Shown piece by piece: positions 1-8,315 of a DNA stretch of 64,000 nucleotides. Both the position numbers and the translations under genes were made by a program. The DNA comes from a bacterium (lineage in GTDB: Bacteria; Desulfobacterota; Binatia; HRBIN30; CADEER01). How positions within the stretch are numbered: position 1 is the stretch's first letter; every line of letters starts with the position of its first letter. The stretch covers positions 59,472-123,471 of the forward strand of contig JANNRA010000032.1 in the NCBI GenBank assembly GCA_031401035.1. The letters are read 5' to 3'. The notes beneath the pieces were generated by a model. That model saw nothing but the letters and a program-made list of their open reading frames with translations, was not told the origin of the DNA and made no database searches.

Positions 1-704
1 TCGCCACCGCGCCCACCGTTGCCTACCGGGTGAAGACCATCAAGGGGGAGTACATCCTGGTCGACAGCCCCGCCAAGCTGCCCGACCCAAGCCTGATCGA
101 GGTCATCGAGGAACCGTACATCCTGGCGTCCATCCACGTGCCGGAGAGCTACCTCGGCGGCGTTCTGAAACTGTGCGAGGACAAGCGCGGTCGCCAGAAG
201 GGGATGCGCTATCTCGGCGTCACGCGCGTGCTGCTCGAGTATGAGTTGCCGCTCAACGAGGTGGTCCTCGATTTCCACGATCGCCTGAAGTCGGTGAGCA
301 AAGGCTACGCATCGCTGGACTACGAGTTCATCGAATTGCGCCCCGGCGACCTCGTCAAGCTCGACGTGCGCGTCAATGGCGAACCGGTCGACGCCATGTC
401 GCTGATCGTCCACCGCGACCGCGCCTACCAGCGCGGCCGCGACGTCATCGAGATTATGAAGGGGTTGATCCCGCGGCAGATGTTCGAGGTCGTGCTGCAG
501 GCGGCGATCGGCGCCAAGATCATCGCCCGCGAGACGGTGCGGGCGCTGCGCAAGAACGTCACCGCCAAGTGCTACGGCGGTGACATCTCGCGCAAGCGCA
601 AGCTCCTCGAGAAGCAGAAGGAAGGCAAGAAGCGGATGAAGCAGGTCGGCAGCGTCGAGATTCCGCAAGAAGCCTTTCTCGCCGTCCTCAAGGTGCCTGC
701 CTGA
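1..704 (+). CDS. lepA: Elongation factor 4 (LepA), C-terminal fragment; 5' end lies outside the window
   Basis: Translation ends ...[42 protein letters not shown], the typical LepA C-terminal domain. The ORF is open to base 1. The classic lepA-lepB neighbourhood follows. Confidence 0.9.
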   Translation, partial: ATAPTVAYRVKTIKGEYILVDSPAKLPDPSLIEVIEEPYILASIHVPESYLGGVLKLCEDKRGRQKGMRYLGVTRVLLEYELPLNEVVLDFHDRLKSVSKGYASLDYEFIELRPGDLVKLDVRVNGEPVDAMSLIVHRDRAYQRGRDVIEIMKGLIPRQMFEVVLQAAIGAKIIARETVRALRKNVTAKCYGGDISRKRKLLEKQKEGKKRMKQVGSVEIPQEAFLAVLKVPA

Positions 705-751
705 TCGCGCGCGGGTATGGCCTGGCGATCGCCATCGCCCTGCTGCTGGCG

Positions 752-1297
752 GTGCTGTTGCGCGGCATCGCCGTGCAGGCGTTCAAGATCCCCTCCGGAT
801 CGATGCTGCCGACGCTGCAGATCGGCGATCATCTGGTCATCAACCCGCTGCGCTATGGCGTGCGCTCGCCCCTGGGGCGCGGATGGTTGGTGCGCTGGGG
901 CGCGCCGCGCCCCGGCGACGTGATCGTGTTCTCCAATCCGCGCGAAAGTGGTCAAACGTTCGTCAAGCGGGTGGTCGCCGTCGGTGGCGAACGGGTCGAG
1001 ATTCGCGACAAGCAGGTGCTGGTCGACGGCGTCCCGCGCGCGCTCCCCGGCGCCACCTTCATCGAGGGGGTCGAGCGCGTGCAATCAAGCGGTCCGCGCG
1101 ATACCTTCGGTCCGGTAGCGATACCAGCGGGTCAGGTGTTCGTGCTAGGGGACAACCGTGATCAGAGCGTCGACAGCCGTCACTGGGGCTTCGTCGACGC
1201 CAACGATGTGAGCGGCAAAGCCGCCTTGGTCTACTGGTCGATGGATGCGGATGATGGGTGGGTACGATGGGAGCGGCTGGGGCAGTTCGTGCGCTGA
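752..1297 (+). CDS. lepB: Signal peptidase I
   Basis: The N-terminal hydrophobic helix is followed by KIPSGSMLPTL (Ser box) and GDNRDQSVDSRHWGFV (box E). It lies immediately downstream of lepA. GTG is the first in-frame start; the true start may be a few codons upstream. Confidence 0.85.
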   Translation: MLLRGIAVQAFKIPSGSMLPTLQIGDHLVINPLRYGVRSPLGRGWLVRWGAPRPGDVIVFSNPRESGQTFVKRVVAVGGERVEIRDKQVLVDGVPRALPGATFIEGVERVQSSGPRDTFGPVAIPAGQVFVLGDNRDQSVDSRHWGFVDANDVSGKAALVYWSMDADDGWVRWERLGQFVR

Positions 1298-1343
1298 AGC
1301 GCGACTCCGGCGGTTGCCAGAATCACGGTAAACTACGGAGGCT

Positions 1344-3851
1344 TTGATGCGTATTCCCAGTATGGCGGCGGTGGCCGCGGTGGCGGTGATGCTCCCGGCG
1401 GTGGCGGGCGCGAACAGCGCAATTTTCCGCTCGGCGTTCACCGAGTTCACCTCGTCGGGCAATGCCACGGGCATTGCCGTCGGCGACTTCGACGGCGACG
1501 GCAGTACGGACGTCGTCACGTCGAATGCAGGCCTTGGGCGCAACGAACTCAATGTGCTGACCGGATTCGGCGACGGCACGCTGGTGTCGGCGCAGCCGAC
1601 GGTGCCCATCGACAGTTTTCCCTCGGGACTGGTGCTGGCGGATTTCGACGGCGACGGCGTCGACGATCTGATTGTCGCGCTGGCCAACGAGAACGCCGTG
1701 ACGTTCCTCAAGGGGCGGGCTGACCAGGACTTCTTCGATCTGCCCGCTGCGTCCATCCGAGTCGGCACCAGCCCGGCGGGCATGGCGGCGGCAGACCTCA
1801 CCGGCGAAGGCCAGCTGGACCTCGTCGTCGCCAACGAGGGCAGCGACGGGGCGCCCGGGTCAGTGTCCTTTCTCGCCGGCAACGGCGACGGCACGTTCAC
1901 AATCATCCTGCAGGATGACCCCGCCGAGCCTGGCGAGCAGGTCAGCGCGCTGGCGACCGACCTCGGTACGCGCGCCGTCGCACTGGGCAACCTCGACGCG
2001 GTGCCCGGTGTCGACGTGGCGGCGCTGAATCTGCGCGCCAACACCCTGACGCTGTTCCGCGGCGACGGCCAGGGCGCATTCGTCCCTGCCGGCACGTTGC
2101 CAACGGGAGCGGCGCCGCAGGACCTGCGGCTGGTCGACCTCGACGGCGACGGCAAACTCGATCTGATCATCGCCGCCGGCAATGAAGACGCGGTGACGGT
2201 GCAGCGCGGCAATGGTGATCTGACGTTCCAGGCGGCGGCCGAGTATGCCGTCGGCACTGTGCCGACGCGACTGGCGGTCGGTGACCTCGACGACAACGGG
2301 ACGCTTGATATCCTCGCCAGCAACAGTCGCAGCGGTGATGTCAGCCTGCTGCGTGGCGATGGCGCGGGCGCCTTCAGTGCGGCGCGGACGTTCGTCGCGG
2401 ACGCCGAGCCGCAGGCTTTGACGATCGCCGACCTGGACGGCGACGGGCTGCTCGATGCGATCGCCGCCACCCAGGGGGGCGACGGCGGCGCCACGGTGGC
2501 CGTGCTGCGTAATCGCGGTGAGGGGATCTTGCAGGCGGTCGAAGATCTGCCAGCCGGCAACGGCCCGTCGGCGGTGGCGTCGGCCGACATGGACGACGAC
2601 GGCGTCGCCGATCTGATCGTCGCCGGCGATGGCGGCGAGGTGCTGATCTTCCCAGCCCGAGGCGGCGCCTTCGGAGCGCCCGTGACAACCAGCGTTGGCG
2701 GGCGCACGCTGGCATTGGCCGCCCGCGATCTGAACGGCGATGCGCGTCCGGACCTCGCCGTCGTCGACAACGAAACCAACCGCGTCGCGGTGTTGCTGGC
2801 GACCGGGCCGAACCAGTTCGGCCCGACGCAGCTCTATCCGGTGGCCGAAGGACCGGGCGGCATCACGACCGGTGATTTCAACGCCGATGGACGCGTCGAC
2901 CTGGCGGTGTCCGCCATCGGCCCTCCGGGGCGTGCGTCGGTGCTCCTACAGCAACCGAATGGCTCGTTCGGGACGGCGCGCAGCACCCTGCTCGAAGGCG
3001 AGGAGACCCCGCTCGGCATCGCTGCGGTCGACGCCAATTGCGATGGGCGCGACGATCTGGTCATCGCCAATCAGGCGACCAACACCGTCAGCGTGCTGCG
3101 CAGTAACGGCGACGGGACCTTTGCGATCGTGCAGACCCTGGCCGAGGCGCAGGTCGGGCAGGGGCCGATCGGCATCGCGGTCGCGGACTTCACGCGCGAT
3201 GGGGTGGGGGACTTCGCGGTCAGCAATTCCGTCGTGCCCGGCAGCCAGCCGAGTGTGCGCGTCTTCCGTGGTGTCTGCGACGGCGGCTTCGCGCTGCTCG
3301 CGGCGCTGCGCGCCGGCGATCTGGTGTCCGCCCTGGTGGCGCGCGACTTCACCGGCGATCAGATCGTCGATCTCGGGCTGGTGAACCAGACATCGAACGC
3401 CCTGCGCGTTTTCCGTGGCACCGGCAACCCGAGTCCGGCCTTCCAGGGAAGCCAGCCGGACGCGGTGAGTCGCATGCCGATCGCCATCGCCGCCGGAGAC
3501 TTCGACGGCGACGGACGCTACGATGCCACCAGCGCCAATAGTGATCCCAGCGCCAACAACGTCTCGGTGCTGTACAATTGCGCTCGCGACGTCGGCTGTG
3601 ACCCGTTTGGTTCTCCCGGGCCGGCCGGCGCGGCGGCGCGCCGCGGCGACGGCAACGGTGACACGGCGCGCTCGGCGGCGGACCTGGTGGCGGTCGGTCG
3701 CGAAGTGATGGACGGTGACGGTCGCCAGGTGGAAGGCATCGGCTTCGGCAGCGGCTTCGCCGCGACGCCAGGCGTCGACGCCAATGGCGACGGCGTCGTC
3801 TCCGCCCAGGACAGCAGCGCCGTGGCGCACCGCATCTTCGGCGGCGCGTGA
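1344..3851 (+). CDS. Secreted FG-GAP/VCBS repeat protein with a C-terminal dockerin-like Ca-binding module
   Basis: Signal peptide MMRIPSMAAVAAVAVMLPAVAGANS. There are more than 10 repeats of the motif (V/A)xxDFDGDGxxDL(V/I)xx(N/A). The C-terminus, ...GDGNGDTARSAADLV...GVDANGDGVVSAQDSSAVAHRIFGG, looks like a dockerin type I duplicated Ca-binding loop pattern. Confidence 0.8.
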   Translation: MMRIPSMAAVAAVAVMLPAVAGANSAIFRSAFTEFTSSGNATGIAVGDFDGDGSTDVVTSNAGLGRNELNVLTGFGDGTLVSAQPTVPIDSFPSGLVLADFDGDGVDDLIVALANENAVTFLKGRADQDFFDLPAASIRVGTSPAGMAAADLTGEGQLDLVVANEGSDGAPGSVSFLAGNGDGTFTIILQDDPAEPGEQVSALATDLGTRAVALGNLDAVPGVDVAALNLRANTLTLFRGDGQGAFVPAGTLPTGAAPQDLRLVDLDGDGKLDLIIAAGNEDAVTVQRGNGDLTFQAAAEYAVGTVPTRLAVGDLDDNGTLDILASNSRSGDVSLLRGDGAGAFSAARTFVADAEPQALTIADLDGDGLLDAIAATQGGDGGATVAVLRNRGEGILQAVEDLPAGNGPSAVASADMDDDGVADLIVAGDGGEVLIFPARGGAFGAPVTTSVGGRTLALAARDLNGDARPDLAVVDNETNRVAVLLATGPNQFGPTQLYPVAEGPGGITTGDFNADGRVDLAVSAIGPPGRASVLLQQPNGSFGTARSTLLEGEETPLGIAAVDANCDGRDDLVIANQATNTVSVLRSNGDGTFAIVQTLAEAQVGQGPIGIAVADFTRDGVGDFAVSNSVVPGSQPSVRVFRGVCDGGFALLAALRAGDLVSALVARDFTGDQIVDLGLVNQTSNALRVFRGTGNPSPAFQGSQPDAVSRMPIAIAAGDFDGDGRYDATSANSDPSANNVSVLYNCARDVGCDPFGSPGPAGAAARRGDGNGDTARSAADLVAVGREVMDGDGRQVEGIGFGSGFAATPGVDANGDGVVSAQDSSAVAHRIFGGA

Positions 3852-3852
3852 G

Positions 3853-4290
3853 GTGGTCGACGAGGCCCGCCTGCAGAAGGATCTGCAGGACGCGATGCGC
3901 GCCCGCGACCGGGTGCGCCTCGATGTGTTGCGCGGTGTCATCACCGCGGTGAAACACACCAAGGTCGAGAAGCAGCTGTCCGATGTACCGGAGGCGGAGA
4001 TTCTCGCCGTGCTGCGCCGAGAGCTCAACAAGCGGGCGGAGATTGCCGACTTCGCCCGCAAAGCCGGGCGCGACGAGACGGTGGCGCAGGCCGCCGCCGA
4101 GCAGTCGATCATTGAAGCGTACCTGCCGGCGCAGATGGATGCCGCGGGTCTCGAGGCCGCCATTCGCGCCATCGCCGCCGAGCTCGGCAGCGCACAGATC
4201 GGCCCGGTGATGGCCGAACTGCGGGCTCGCCATGCCGGTCAGTTCGACGGCAAGCTGGCCAGCCAGCTGATCAAGCAGCTGCAGGGCTGA
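3853..4290 (+). CDS. yqeY: GatB/YqeY domain protein
   Basis: VVDEARLQKDLQDAMRARDRVRLDVLRGVITAVKH...AELRARHAGQFDGKLASQLIKQLQ matches the YqeY family (about 145 aa). The GTG start overlaps the stop of the upstream gene. Confidence 0.75.
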   Translation: MVDEARLQKDLQDAMRARDRVRLDVLRGVITAVKHTKVEKQLSDVPEAEILAVLRRELNKRAEIADFARKAGRDETVAQAAAEQSIIEAYLPAQMDAAGLEAAIRAIAAELGSAQIGPVMAELRARHAGQFDGKLASQLIKQLQG

Positions 4291-4326
4291 CGGAGGGGGC
4301 GGCTTCCGCCGCGCCGTCCGCCTTGG

Positions 4327-5493
4327 CTACGCCAGCGCGGCGCTGGCCGCCGCGACGCCCACCCCGGGTCGCACTGCGTACCCGCAGCTCGGCAACAACC
4401 GCTCGAGTGCGTGCAACACCAGCAGCACGTTGGCCACCGTGCTCGACTCGCCCATCAGACCGATCCGCCACACTTTCCCCTTCAGCGGACCGAGTCCCCC
4501 GCCTATCTCGAGCTGGAACTCCTCCAGCAATCCCTTCCGCAACGCCACATCATCGACCCCGGCCGGAATCGCGACGCTGTTGAGCATCCACAGCCGCCGC
4601 CCCTCCTGCGCCGCCAGTTCGAGCCCCAGTGCGGCGAGTCCGGCCGCCAGCCCCTGGTGATGTCGCTGGTGGCGCGCCCAGCGCGCCACCAAGCCCTCCT
4701 CGTGTACCAGGCGGAGCGCTTCGAGCAGCGCGTAGTTCATCGAGATGGGCGCGGTATGGTGGTAGACGCGTTCCTCGCCCCAGTACTTCTCGATCATCGT
4801 CAGGTCGAGGTACCAGCTCTGCACCTTGCTGCGGCGGGCGCGCAGCGCCGCGACGGCGCGCGGGCCGAAGGTGAGGGGCGCCAGCCCTGGCGGGCAGCTC
4901 AGGCATTTCTGCGTCCCGCTGTAGCAGGCGTCGATCAGCCACTCGTCGACGCGTACCGGGCAGCCGGCGAGCGAGGTGACGGTGTCGACGACGAATAGTG
5001 AGCCGGCCTCGCGGACGACGCGGCCGATCTCCTCGAGCGGCTGCCAGGCGCCGGTCGACGTTTCGGCGTGCACCACCGCTACCAGTTTCGCACCGGGGTG
5101 GTTGTGTAGCGCGGCGCGGATGGAGTCGGGCTCGATGACCCGGCCCCACGGCGCCTCGACGGCGACCGAACGCGCCCCGCAGCGCTCGACGATGTCAGTC
5201 ATGCGCGTGCCGAACACACCGTTGACGCCGACGATGGCCGTATCGCCCGGCTCCAGGAGGTTGACCAGGCACGCCTCCATGCCGGCCGAGCCAGTAGCGG
5301 AGATGGGAATGGTCAGCGTGTTGGCGGTCTGAAAGGTGGCGCGCAGCAGCGTCTTGGTCTCCTCCATCATGGCGACGAAGACCGGATCGAGATGACCGAT
5401 CAGGGGCGCCCCGAGGGCGGCCAGGACGCGGGGGTGAGCGGCGCTCGGGCCGGGGCCGAGCAGAACGCGGGGCGGCGGAGAGATCGTCGTCAT
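4327..5493 (-). CDS. Class V aminotransferase (alanine--glyoxylate / serine--pyruvate aminotransferase-like)
   Basis: MTTISPPPRVLLGPGPS... with the SGTQKCL PLP-lysine motif. It is about 389 aa and divergent from glcDEF. The start was placed at the internal Met that fits family N-termini; the longer ORF extension runs through the palindrome and is considered an artefact. Confidence 0.8.
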   Translation of the reverse strand: MTTISPPPRVLLGPGPSAAHPRVLAALGAPLIGHLDPVFVAMMEETKTLLRATFQTANTLTIPISATGSAGMEACLVNLLEPGDTAIVGVNGVFGTRMTDIVERCGARSVAVEAPWGRVIEPDSIRAALHNHPGAKLVAVVHAETSTGAWQPLEEIGRVVREAGSLFVVDTVTSLAGCPVRVDEWLIDACYSGTQKCLSCPPGLAPLTFGPRAVAALRARRSKVQSWYLDLTMIEKYWGEERVYHHTAPISMNYALLEALRLVHEEGLVARWARHQRHHQGLAAGLAALGLELAAQEGRRLWMLNSVAIPAGVDDVALRKGLLEEFQLEIGGGLGPLKGKVWRIGLMGESSTVANVLLVLHALERLLPSCGYAVRPGVGVAAASAALA

Positions 5494-5503
5494 GGCCAGG
5501 ACG

Positions 5504-5551
5504 GAAAACACAGATGGCGGCGGATGGCCATCCGCCGCCATCTGTGTTTTC
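5504..5551. promoter_or_regulatory. Perfect 48-bp palindrome (24+24 nt, no spacer), a putative operator or RNA hairpin, centred in a divergent intergenic region
   Basis: GAAAACACAGATGGCGGCGGATGG|CCATCCGCCGCCATCTGTGTTTTC read directly from the sequence. It starts 10 nt from the aminotransferase start at 5493 and ends 10 nt before the glcD ATG at 5562, so it is exactly centred in the 68-bp spacer. Confidence 0.5.
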
Positions 5552-5561
5552 TGCGACCCGT

Positions 5562-6989
5562 ATGCTCGCTGCACCGCTCGCCGCCGCGCTCGCCGACCTG
5601 GTCGGCGAGGAGGGGCTGATCACCCGCCCGGCAGACACGCGCGTCTATGAGTGCGACGGCTGGACGCTCGAACGGCGGGCGCCTGACGCGGTGGTGCTGC
5701 CGCGCACGGCGGCTGAGGTGGCGGCGGTGCTGCGGCTGCTGCATGCGCGCGGCATCGCCTTCGTGCCGCGGGGCGCCGGTACCGGGCTGTCCGGGGGAGC
5801 GCTGCCGCTCGACGCGTCGGTGATGATCTGCACCAGCCGCCTGAAGCGCATCGTCGACATCGACCTGGCCAATTGCCGCGCCGTGGTGGAGGCGGGGGTC
5901 GTGAACCTGGCCGTGACGCGCGCCGTGGCGGCGCAGGGGCTCTTCTACGCGCCAGACCCGTCCAGCCAATCGGCCTGCACCATCGGCGGCAACATCGCCG
6001 AGAACTCCGGCGGGCCGCACACGCTGAAGTACGGCGTCACGACGAACCATGTCCTCGGGCTCGAACTGGTGCTGCCGGATGGCGAGGTCGTGGAGCTCGG
6101 TGGAGCGGCGGAAGACGTGCCGGGCTACGATCTGCGCGGCCTCGTCATCGGCGCCGAGGGGACGATGGGGGTTGTGACCCGGGCGACGCTGCGCCTGACG
6201 CCGGTCCCGGAGGGTGTACGGACGCTGTTGGCGGTATTCGAGTCGGTCGACGACGCCTGCACCGCGGTGTCGGGCATCATCGCCGCGGGGATCGTGCCGG
6301 CGGCCCTGGAGATGATGGATCAGCTCATCGTCCAGGCCGTCGAGGCCGCCTTCCACGTCGGCTTTCCGGTCGACGCCGGCGCCGTGCTGTTGGTCGAGCT
6401 CGACGGCGCGACGGCCGAACTCGACGAACAGGCGATCGCGGTGGAGACGATCTGCCGGGCGCATGCCGCGCGCGAGGTGCGCCTCGCCGCCGACGCCGCC
6501 GAGCGCGCCGCCCTGTGGAAGAGCCGCAAGCGCGCCTTTGGGGCCGTCGGCCGCCTGGCGCCGAACTACTGCACGCAGGATGGCGTCGTGCCGCGCACGA
6601 AGGTGCCCGACATCCTGCGCGCCATCAGCGCGATCGCCACCAGGCACGGCCTGCGTATCGCCAATGTCTTCCACGCCGGCGACGGGAACATCCATCCGAT
6701 TCTGCTCTATGACGAGCGCGACGCGGACGAGGTGCGGCGCGTCATTGCCGCCGGCCACGAGATCTTGCGCGCCTGCGTCGATCTCGGCGGCAGCATCACC
6801 GGCGAGCACGGCATCGGCGTCGAGAAGATTCAGGAGCTGTCGCTGCTCTTCGGTCCCGCCGATCTGTTGGTGATGCAGCAACTGCGCGGCGCCTTCGATC
6901 CGCTCGGACGCAGCAACCCGGGCAAGATCTTCCCGACCCCGGGGACGTGCGTCGAGGTGTCGCGACCGCACCGCCAGGTGGCGCTGTGA
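5562..6989 (+). CDS. glcD: Glycolate oxidase FAD-linked subunit GlcD (FAD-binding oxidase, PCMH-type)
   Basis: It has the VVLPRTAAEVAAVLRLLHARGIAFVPRGAGTGLSGGA FAD-binding signature, is 475 aa, and is first in the glcDEF order. Confidence 0.85.
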   Translation: MLAAPLAAALADLVGEEGLITRPADTRVYECDGWTLERRAPDAVVLPRTAAEVAAVLRLLHARGIAFVPRGAGTGLSGGALPLDASVMICTSRLKRIVDIDLANCRAVVEAGVVNLAVTRAVAAQGLFYAPDPSSQSACTIGGNIAENSGGPHTLKYGVTTNHVLGLELVLPDGEVVELGGAAEDVPGYDLRGLVIGAEGTMGVVTRATLRLTPVPEGVRTLLAVFESVDDACTAVSGIIAAGIVPAALEMMDQLIVQAVEAAFHVGFPVDAGAVLLVELDGATAELDEQAIAVETICRAHAAREVRLAADAAERAALWKSRKRAFGAVGRLAPNYCTQDGVVPRTKVPDILRAISAIATRHGLRIANVFHAGDGNIHPILLYDERDADEVRRVIAAGHEILRACVDLGGSITGEHGIGVEKIQELSLLFGPADLLVMQQLRGAFDPLGRSNPGKIFPTPGTCVEVSRPHRQVAL

Positions 6990-8314
6990 GCGACGGCGCC
7001 AGCGCGTCGGTCGAGGCGGCCTGGATCGGCGAGCTGCGCACCCGCCTCGGTGAGGACGTGGTGCGCGCGGGCGACATCGTCTGGCGCTTCGCCGCGGCCG
7101 GCCTGGCGCCTGCCTGCGTCGTCGAACCGGCCGATCTGGCCGGAGTGGTGGCGGCGGTGCAGGCCGCGGCGGCCCTCGACCTCGCCGTGGTGCCGGCCGG
7201 CAACGGGACGCATCTGCACGTCGGCGCCGCGCCGCGTCGCTACGATGTCGCACTCAGCACGCGCCGGCTGCAGCGCGTGCTGGCGCATGATGCCGGCGAT
7301 CTGACGGTGACGGTCGAGGCTGGGTTGACGCTGACAGGGCTCGACTCGGTACTCGGTGAGGCCGGGCAGTGGCTGCCCCTCGACGCTCCGCGGCCCGAGG
7401 CGATGACCGTCGGCGGCGCCGTCGCGGCCGATCGCAGCGGGCCGCTGCGCTTCGGCTACGGGACGCTGCGCGACCAGCTGCTCGGCGTCCGCGCCGTCAT
7501 GGCTGACGGGGCGCTGGTGCGCGGCGGCGGACAAGTGGTGAAGAACGTCGCTGGCTACGACCTGCCGAAGCTGTTCACGGGTTCGTATGGAACCCTGGCC
7601 GTGCTGGTCGAGGCCTCGTTCAAGGTGCAGCCACGCCCCGCCGGCTGGGCGGTGTTCGAGTGGACGGCGCCCGATCTCGCCGCCGCATTGGCGCGCGCCC
7701 AGCGCGTGCGCGGATCGGACGTGCAGCCGTTGATGCTCGAGGCACTCAACGACGCGGCGGCCGAGTCTCTCGGCCTCGACAGCGGCGCCAGCGTGATCCT
7801 CGCTTGTGCCGGCGGAGCCGGGCACCTCGACGAGCAGACGCGGCGCATCGCGCACCTGAGTGCCGGCGAGGCGACGCGGCATGTGCCGGAGCGGGCCGAC
7901 GCCCTCCTGCGGGCGCTGCGCGAGTTCTCGCAGCCGGCCGACGACGGCGCGCTGGTGGCGCGCCTGAGCGGTCTGCCGACGGTACTGCCGGAGCTGCTGG
8001 CGCAACTCGAGGCGGCGGCCGGCGCGGCCGGAGTGGTGGCGGAGATCGCCGCGCACGCCGGCAACGGCGTCGCCTGGTGCCAACTGCTCGGGGCGCAGGA
8101 TGCTGAGCTGGTCGCCGCGCTGGTCGAGGCGCTGCGCGCGGCGGCGCGGCGTGCCGACGCCTGGGTGGTGGTGGAAGCGATGCCAGCCGAGCTGCGCGGC
8201 CGACTCGACCCGTGGGGCTTCGACGGCCCGGCGCTACCTCTGATGCGGCGGGTGAAAGCGGCGTTGGACCCGCGCGACCGCTTCAGTCCCGGCCGCTTTG
8301 TCGGTGGCATCTGA
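6986..8314 (+). CDS. glcE: Glycolate oxidase FAD-binding subunit GlcE
   Basis: The GTG start overlaps the glcD stop (GTGA). It contains a FAD-binding PCMH domain, ...VVPAGNGTHLHVGAAP..., VKNVAGYDLPKLFTGSYGTLAVLVEASFKV. Confidence 0.75.
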   Translation: MSDGASASVEAAWIGELRTRLGEDVVRAGDIVWRFAAAGLAPACVVEPADLAGVVAAVQAAAALDLAVVPAGNGTHLHVGAAPRRYDVALSTRRLQRVLAHDAGDLTVTVEAGLTLTGLDSVLGEAGQWLPLDAPRPEAMTVGGAVAADRSGPLRFGYGTLRDQLLGVRAVMADGALVRGGGQVVKNVAGYDLPKLFTGSYGTLAVLVEASFKVQPRPAGWAVFEWTAPDLAAALARAQRVRGSDVQPLMLEALNDAAAESLGLDSGASVILACAGGAGHLDEQTRRIAHLSAGEATRHVPERADALLRALREFSQPADDGALVARLSGLPTVLPELLAQLEAAAGAAGVVAEIAAHAGNGVAWCQLLGAQDAELVAALVEALRAAARRADAWVVVEAMPAELRGRLDPWGFDGPALPLMRRVKAALDPRDRFSPGRFVGGI

Positions 8315-8315
8315 C

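Noticed and set aside
752-1297. An upstream alternative start for lepB giving a longer N-terminal TM segment.
   Set aside because: There is no ATG/GTG/TTG in frame between the lepA stop and 752. A non-canonical start cannot be supported from sequence alone.
1145-2779. A 544-aa minus-strand ORF and many similar long ORFs (2946..4172, 3349..4233, 5490..7253, 6830..8083, 7555..8364, 19405.., 20501..21703, 31592..33394, 34897..36234, 62892..63992 and others) with Arg/Pro/Ala/Ser-rich low-complexity translations.
   Set aside because: They are antisense or out-of-frame to genes with clear family signatures. Their composition is the typical artefact of 70% GC DNA, where stops are rare in all frames, and no motifs were recognised.
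5490-5574. The identical peptide MAADGHPPPSVFS / HRWRRMAIRRHLCF appearing at the N-termini of ORFs on both strands.
   Set aside because: It is not a duplicated gene. It is the translation of the two arms of the 48-bp palindrome, and both ORF extensions through it are artefacts.
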